From the NCBI RefSeq assembly GCF_902459465.1, contig NC_047066.1:11408001-11472000 (forward strand): a stretch of DNA of 64,000 nucleotides, given 5' to 3'. Both the position numbers and the translations under genes were made by a program. Source of the stretch: Asterias rubens. Taxonomy: Eukaryota. Positions 56,892 through 64,000 of the stretch are shown here, piece after piece; position 1 is the first letter of the stretch; the number at the start of each line of letters is the position of its first letter. Under the pieces are notes generated by a model. It was given only the letters and a program-made list of their open reading frames with translations. It made no database searches and had not been told where the DNA came from.

Positions 56892-59339
56892 CCTTGTAGA
56901 CTGATCTGAGACGTCTTGACTGCTGTGGGGATGCTCTTCTGCCTCCAGCCGGGTAGCTTGTGATCGGGTACAACCTCTTTGAGTTAGAGACGCTCAGGAA
57001 TCCAGGGGTACGCTTTACCGTGACGTTAGAGTTGGTTTGCCTGAGGGGACAAACAACATTAAGAATATGGGACTTGAGGCATTGCACGGTGGGGTATCAA
57101 TAACCTAGGTATCAATGTTAGCGATAACAACATGCGTATCTACTTGCTAGGTAGATTTCCTACCTTCTGCCTAGGTAGTATTTAAGAAGCAGGACAGTTC
57201 TTTTTAGAACTGAGAAGTCTCCCCAATAGACCCTTTCCATGAAATAATATGTAAATTGCACATAGCGCGTGCGCACTAACGTTTTGGTTGGCAAAATGAG
57301 GGAGCATCGCGCTGTTTTTTTAAACGGCTAATGGGTGCGTGACGCAGACGCGATTGCGCGTCTGCAACCAACAGGGTCTGTACGCATGCATGAATGTAAT
57401 TAGCATATTTCATGGGTAGGGTCCATTCAGAGAATCTAATCTGAGGTAGTAGAGAAGTCTCCCGAATTAAAAAAAAGTTGTGCTCTAAAGAAATCAACAT
57501 CAGGTTGTGAGGACAAATAGAACTAATGCCATATAAAAAATAACATGTTTTTTTAAGGCCCCACTTTAAAAAAAACCAATAAACTCACCTTGATTGTAGC
57601 AATGCATCCGTGGCAGAGTAACCAGCAATCTGGCGCCCTCTACTGTAGAAAGCTGATGCATTGGAAACCGGCTTGGGAGCAGCTGCAAGTCAGGGTTTAA
57701 AAAAAGAATTCACTAGTATTCTCATACTTTGTATTGTTACTAAAAATGACACTTCATCTAAGCCCTAAGCGGATATAGGCACGGGAAAATTCTGCATTTT
57801 AGATGCTCTGTGGTGCAATCTTTGGTAAATTTTGAGGGGGGACATTTGATATAGTGTCCCCCACCCTTCTAAAAAGTTGTGTCATCCTTATAGCCCCCAG
57901 GATTAATGCCCATGGCGAGACACAGGGTTGGTCTTACACAGTGCAATACTTGGGCTTCATGATTAAGGTGGTCAAAAAGATGGGGGACATTTGATATTGT
58001 GCCCCCCTCCCCTTGTCACCCCCCCCCCCCCACCCCCACCTATTTGATGCCCACCACCATTAGTAGGATTTGAAACTTTGTATGGTGGAATTGTAACTAT
58101 AAGAACATTTTTGCGATAACACCATGTGAATCTCTTTATGAGTTGTGTTGGTTCGGAAAAGAACTATTGGTTAAAGACTCATGTTTCTATTAATATACGC
58201 TGATCATCTACAGGAGAAAAATCATAAGAAAGACTGTACTTACTGTTTGTCTAGACGCTACTGCTCGTCGAAAGTACTTCAGTAGGGTTCTCTACGCAAC
58301 CTAAAATAAACGACAAATATCGGACAAATTTACATCAGCTGTGTAGTTGCACGTTTTGTGTGCATTTGATCACTAGGCATAGTTAATTTTTTACAGTATT
58401 ACATTTGAGAACCACCAGTTCCTTAAAAGCTCAGATATGCCTAGTTCATTTTGATGGGTCATAATAAATAATTTGCAGAAAATAATTAACTATTTGTCTT
58501 TTTAACGACAAATAAAGCATCAAAGTCTTTTGGGAAAAGAAATTACACACAAATTTCACAAGTACCTACATGTGAGGTGAAACTAAATATGGATTGGAAA
58601 TCACTAACAAGGCAATTATTTTTTTAGAAACCTCTTTCATCAGTGAAAAGGGTACAAAAGAATTTAGGCATTGCATGGTGAGGTATCAATATATATTTGG
58701 TTTGCGGTAACACCATGTGTGTTTCTACTTGCCAGGTAGAGTTTGTTCTTAGAGAACTGTCTTTCTTTATTCTACTACCACAAAGAGTAGATTATCAGAT
58801 TTTTGAGAGACTTGTTCTGAAAAGAACTGTCCTGCTTTGTAACTATACCCGGGCGGAAGGTATAGAAAATTGGCTGGGACAACTACTTTAGCTTTAAAGG
58901 ATCATAATTAACTGCACTACCGCGGAGTCAATCTCTCGACGATGACTAGAGCAAGCTAGTCAAAACGTTGAGACCAATTCAAGAACTGGATAGTGATTTG
59001 GTTCCCTATTGGGCAATCCCTATAGGCTTCTACTTGCTTTTTGTTGATATGTCTCTAATTATTTTACTAATAATGTAAAAATTACACATTTCTACTTATT
59101 GTTGCTGTGTGTTTTGAAGTTTTTAAAGCCTAAGTGAATAAATAAATAAACAAATAAATAAATTACTTGATGGATTGGAATTGGACCAAAATTAAGTACA
59201 GTTTCAAGAAAAAGGACAAAGCTTTATGGAAAGATTTCTCCAAACTGTAATAACCTGGTTGTCTCTTCGTCTTTTATCCATATGCTTCAAGTCCTCTGCA
59301 TTCTTCTCACTCAGCCTCTTCCTTGATTCAACCTCTTCC
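56892..59339 (-). CDS. Orphan exons of an unidentified gene (59255-59339, possibly 58244-58300, 57589-57682, 56892-57040)
   Basis: Each block has a polypyrimidine-AG acceptor and a GT donor. Translations include EEVESRKRLSEKNAEDLKHMDKRRRDNQ and QTNSNVTVKRTPGFLSVSNSKRLYP. Phases do not join unambiguously and one exon has an in-frame TAG. Confidence 0.4.
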
Positions 59340-59878
59340 CTGCAAACAGTCAATCAAAACAAACAAAGCTCGGTAAATAACACCAAACTCACAAATCTCA
59401 ACTCATGTTAATCCGGCATGGGTAGGCCTATCGTCTTCTTGATACTCCAAGAGTTTATGAAGACGCACCAAAAATTCAATCCATACTCAGTGATACCGCC
59501 TCTTGAAATACATAATTCTAAAAACTCCCCCTTTCTGGAGCTCCAGCCCTGGCCCCACGCGTCGACCTGGTATTCTTTAAAAACGTGAGAGCCCATAACT
59601 TAATAACAACAAGTATGCTAGTAGTAGTACAATAATTTCGCTGCATTGGCCTGCAACCCCGCCCCCCCCTCCCCCTGGGTTAAACAACAGAGGAACTGCA
59701 GTTGAAATGACCAGATAGAGAAAGGACCAATAATACTATAATTAATACCAGTATCAGCCGCCAGACTTGAGATTTGCTGAATTGGGCCCGCCAGACACCC
59801 CCCCCCCCCTCCTGGGTTAAACATCTGAGGAACCACCTAAAACCAAGTTGAAATGACCACTGATGACACTATTCCCAA

Positions 59879-60369
59879 TACGCTTGCCCTATACACAAAA
59901 TTCACTGCTTCCGTAAGCGCTGATTCTTTGCTCACGGTAAGCAGTGCCATGAAATTGTGCCCAGCTGGAGCTGTTTATAACCGGCTTTCTGTGCTAGCCT
60001 TTCAAGCGTAGAATGCCTAGAAACGTGCAGTAGGCACGCACAAAAGCCAAAATTCGCCGCTAACCCATGAAATACGCTTGCCGTATACACAGAATTCCCT
60101 GCTTCCGCAAGCGCTGATTCTTTGCTCACGGTAAGCAGTGCCATGAAATTGGGCCCTGCTGGAGCTGTTTATAACCGGCTTTCTGAGCTAGCCTTTTAAG
60201 CGTAGAATGCCTAGAAACGTGGAGTAGGCACGCGCAAAAGCCAAAATTCGCCGCTAATCCATGAAATACGCTTGCCGTATACACAGAATTCCCTGCTTCC
60301 ATAAGCGCTGATTTTTTGCTTACGGTAAGCAGAGCCATGAAATTGGGCCCAGCTGGAGCTGTTTATAAC
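59879..60369. repeat. 194-bp tandem repeat (2.5 copies) derived from a Harbinger MITE end
   Basis: TACGCTTGCC at 59879, 60073 and 60267. Confidence 0.9.
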
Positions 60370-61029
60370 TGGCCGGCTTCCGCGTGTCAGGCCTACGTAC
60401 GCCAATATACTCATGCCGAACGCGCAATTCATAGCTTTTAGTAACAGGGCTTAGTCTATTTCTAAGCGCGCGCGAATATCTATTTCTAAGCGCGCTATTT
60501 AACAAAAGGGCATTTATGAATGGAAATAAAAGAGTAGTGACTTGTTCTTAAACGTATATTGCCTTGCGATATAGGCCCTCGCCTTCTGCTCAGGCCTTTA
60601 TCACCTGGCAACGACCCTGCTGGTTTTAAACGGCCAATAAAGAACTCGTCGCTTCCCTTTTGTTCCCCTATCATTAATGTCCATCAATTGAACAGATAAA
60701 CAGTTCTTGAACTTGGTTCATGAACTGCTCTAATGAACATGTTGTGAACTGTTTAAGGCATGTTCATGGACTGATCATGAACATTCTTGAAAGTTCATCG
60801 AGTCAAATTCCATCTTACCTGATGGGGTAGATTGGTTAGATGCATAGAGATATATATACATACGTATATACAGCTGATGACAATTAGTTAACAACAGGGT
60901 GGACCACGTGAAGGTTGTCATCTCCCACCCCACAAAAGGGATCGTAATACATCTGAGTGTGTAACCATTACAACAATTGCTTCTTTGTAATGTTACCCCC
61001 TCTAATTATTATTTATTATTATTATTATT

Positions 61030-63063
61030 TTATGTTATTATTATATTATAAAACATTGTTCATGAGTACTCTATACAGCTAAGACAATGGCATGACCTTT
61101 GTATACATACAACCTTGTTAATGAGTACTCTATACAGCTAAGACAATGTCATGACCTTTGTAATTATAAACCTTGTTAATGAGTACTCTATACAGATAAG
61201 ATAATGTCATGACCTTTGTAATTATAAAACCTTGTTAATGAGTATTCTTTACAGCTAAGACAATGTCATGACCTTTGTAATGATAAAACCTTGTTAATGA
61301 GTACTCTTTACAGCTAAGACAATGTCATGGCCTTGTATTTATAAAACCTTGTTAATGAGTACTCTATACAGCTAAGACAATGTCATGACCTTTGTAATTA
61401 TAAAACCTTGTTAATGAGTACTCCATACAGCTAAGACAATGTCATGACCTTTGTAATTATAAAACCTTTTAATGAGTACTCTATACAGCTAAGACAATGT
61501 CATGACCTTTGTAATTATAAAACCTTGTTAATGAGTTCTCTATACAGCTAAGACAATGTCATGACCTTTGTAATTATAAAACCTTGTTAATGAGTACTCT
61601 ATACAGCTAAGACAATGTCATGACCTTTGTAATTATAAAACCTTTTAATGAGTACTCTATACAGCTAAGACAATGTCATGACTTTTGTAATTATAAAACC
61701 TTGTTAATGAGTACTCTATACAGCTAAGACAATGTCATGACCTTTGTAATTATAAAACCTTGTTAATGAGTACTCTATACAGCTAAGACAATGTCATGAC
61801 CTTTGTAATTATAAAACCTTGTTAATGAGTACTCTATACAGCTAAGACAATGTCATGACCTTTGTAATAATAAAACCTTGTTAATGAGTACTCTTTACAG
61901 CTAAGACAATGTCATGACCTTTGTAATAATAAAACCTTGTTAATGAGTACTCTATACAGCTAAGACAATGTCATGACCTTTGTTATTATAAAACCTTGTT
62001 AATGAGTACTCTATACAGCTAAGACAATGTCATGACCTTTGTAATTATAAAACCTTGTTAATGAGTACTCTATACAGATAAGATAATGTCATGACCTTTG
62101 TAATTATAAAATCTTGTTAATGAGTACTCTATACAGCTAAGACAATGTCATGACCTTTGTAATTATAAAACCTTGTTAATGAGTACTCTATACAGATAAG
62201 ATAATGTCATGACCTTTGTAATTATAAAACCTTGTTAATGAGTACTCTTTACAGCTAAGACAATGTCATGACCTTTGTAATGATAAAACCTTGTTAATGA
62301 GTACTCTTTACAGCTAAGACAATGTCATGGCCTTGTATTTATAAAACCTTGTTAATGAGTACTCTATACAGCTAAGACAATGTCATGACCTTTGTTATTA
62401 TAAAACCTTGTTAATGAGTACTCTATACAGCTAAGACAATGTCATGACCTTTGTAATTATAAAACCTTGTTAATGAGTACTCTATACAGCTAAGACAATG
62501 TCATGACCTTTGTTATTATAAAACCTTGTTAATGAGTACTCTATACAGCTAAGACAATGTCATGACCTTTGTAATGATAAAACCTTGTTAAGGAGTACTC
62601 TTTACAGCTAAGACAATGTCATGACCTTTGTAATAATAAAACCTTGTTAATGAGTACTCTATACAGCTAAGACAATGTCATGACCTTTGTAATTATAAAA
62701 CCTTGTTAATGAGTACTCTATACAGCTAAGACAATGTCATGACCTTTATAATTAAAATTATATTAACCTATTAATGAGTACTCTAACCAGCTAAGACAAT
62801 GTCATGACCTTTATAATTAAAATTATATTAACCTATTAATGAGTACTCTATACAGCTAAGACAATGTCAAGACCTTTGTAATTAAATCACCTCGTTAATG
62901 AGTACTCTATGACATTGTCATGACCTTTATAATTGAAATAACCTCGTTAATGAGTACTCTATGACATTGTCATGACCTTTGTAATTACATCACCTCGTTA
63001 ATGAGTACTCTATGACATTGTCATGACCTTTGTAATTAAATCACCTCGTTAATGTCATGACCT
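61030..63063. repeat. 59-bp satellite, about 34 copies (AAAACCTTGTTAATGAGTACTCTATACAGCTAAGACAATGTCATGACCTTTGTAATTAT)
   Basis: Register shifts one base per 60-base line; homogeneous core with degenerate ends. Confidence 0.98.
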
Positions 63064-63297
63064 TTCACATTAAAAGCTTTAAGAGTTACCAACAAAACAA
63101 CATGGTGGCCACCATGTAAGCTACCCCAGAACAAATACCATGTAAACAATTAGACTAATAAATAATTGAAAGACAAATTAAGTAGTAACAATACAAAACT
63201 TAATGTCTAATAAACACTTAAACACACTCCTTAAACATATTGTTCTCTTTTTATTTGTTATGAATTTACTACAAATAAACTTATGTTGTGTCGTATT

Positions 63298-63556
63298 TTG
63301 TAATGAGCAAACTGCATTACAAATTAACTTAACTTGTTTCACGGTTGTAATGCGGTACTTCATTACGCACATGAAACGTTTACATACTTGCAATAAGGTA
63401 CTTCATTGCAAGCATGTTATAATTACATGATTGTAATGAAGTACCTCATTACAAACATGCAGTTTTTGTATGTGAATACATGAACTTGTATAGTACCTCG
63501 ATACAAGTTTAACATGTATTCTGTCTACATACTTGTAATGAAGTACCTCATTTCAA
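63298..63556. repeat. Array of six ~24-bp hairpins (consensus TTGTAATGAAGTACCTCATTACAA)
   Basis: Starts at 63298, 63345, 63388, 63431, 63486, 63533. Confidence 0.75.
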
Positions 63557-63639
63557 GTACGTTGACAACAATTCGAAAAGCACATATACTTCCAAGAATG
63601 AATTAAACAGGCCAACGAAATGTGAAATCTTCACAAATC

Positions 63640-64000
63640 TTGTTGTGGCTTGTAGTCAGGCACCCTCTGGGATGTAGCTTGCAGTCAGGCACCCTCTGCG
63701 ATGTGGCTTGTAGTCAGGCACCCTCTGGGATGTGGCTGGAGTCAGGCACCCTCTGGGATGTAGCTCATAGCCAGGCACCCTCTGGGATGTTGTCAGGAGC
63801 AGGTAGTACCACATCCCCAGCAGAACTGCAGACTCCTGAAATTTATACCAATCGAGTCAAATCAACAAGTGTAACACTGCATGTCTCTATGTGGGTCTGT
63901 ACATAAGCCCTTTTGATTAATTATGATCAGAATTTGGAAATTTACCTATGTTTGGTGCGCTTCAATCACATGGGATGATGTCCTCTAGGCAGGCACCCTC
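63640..64000 (-). pseudogene. Inverted paralogue of the 50.4-52.6 kb exon module (runs off the right edge)
   Basis: Minus strand reads ...GCGCACCAAACATAG|GTAAA (donor near 63946), a ~108-bp intron, then TTTCAG|GAGTCTGCAGTTCTGCTGGGG at 63837. Confidence 0.6.
63645..63788. repeat. 29-bp minisatellite, 5 copies (GTGGCTTGTAGTCAGGCACCCTCTGGGAT)
   Basis: Units of 29, 29, 29, 28 and 29 bp. Confidence 0.92.

Noticed and set aside
59932-60338. Repeated ~70-aa ORFs (MALLTVSK...) as a tandem peptide gene family
   Set aside because: They are translations of the 194-bp MITE-derived repeat.
61030-63063. 59-bp array as a CRISPR array
   Set aside because: Units are contiguous near-identical monomers with no unique spacers, there are no cas genes, and the context is eukaryotic.
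63298-63556. Palindrome-plus-spacer array as a CRISPR-like locus
   Set aside because: Repeats are variable and change orientation, spacers share ACATG/TACAT motifs, and there are no cas genes. Kept only as a structural finding.

Overview
AT-rich, intron-containing animal genomic DNA, probably an invertebrate deuterostome such as a sea star (inferred from the intronless C-type-lectin/apple gene and the MITE families). No prokaryotic systems, CRISPR arrays, rRNA or intact tRNA genes were found. Genes reconstructed by hand with GT-AG splice sites and consistent phases: HEATR6 (minus, 5 exons, continues off the left edge) head-to-head with COQ5 (plus, 7 exons, 333 aa); dynein light chain LC8 (minus) tail-to-tail with COQ5; an intronless secreted C-type lectin with a truncated apple/PAN domain; cytospin/SPECC1 (minus, 883 aa, C-terminal CH domain); and a two-exon Harbinger-type Myb/SANT gene. 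Introns and intergenic DNA are packed with non-autonomous Kolobok-like (TTAA), PIF/Harbinger (CWG or TWA) and hAT (8-bp TSD) MITEs, tRNA-derived SINEs, and L2, RTE and Penelope fragments. The most unusual region is 50.4-64 kb: two diverged copies of a compound locus face each other as an inverted pair. Each has spliced but non-coding exon modules, a polyA signal, an 18-bp palindrome unit and an identical 53-bp block. The left copy amplified a ~390-bp unit about 5 times, while the right copy amplified its 59-bp sub-unit about 34 times. Orphan minus-strand exons lie in the 5.4-kb spacer.
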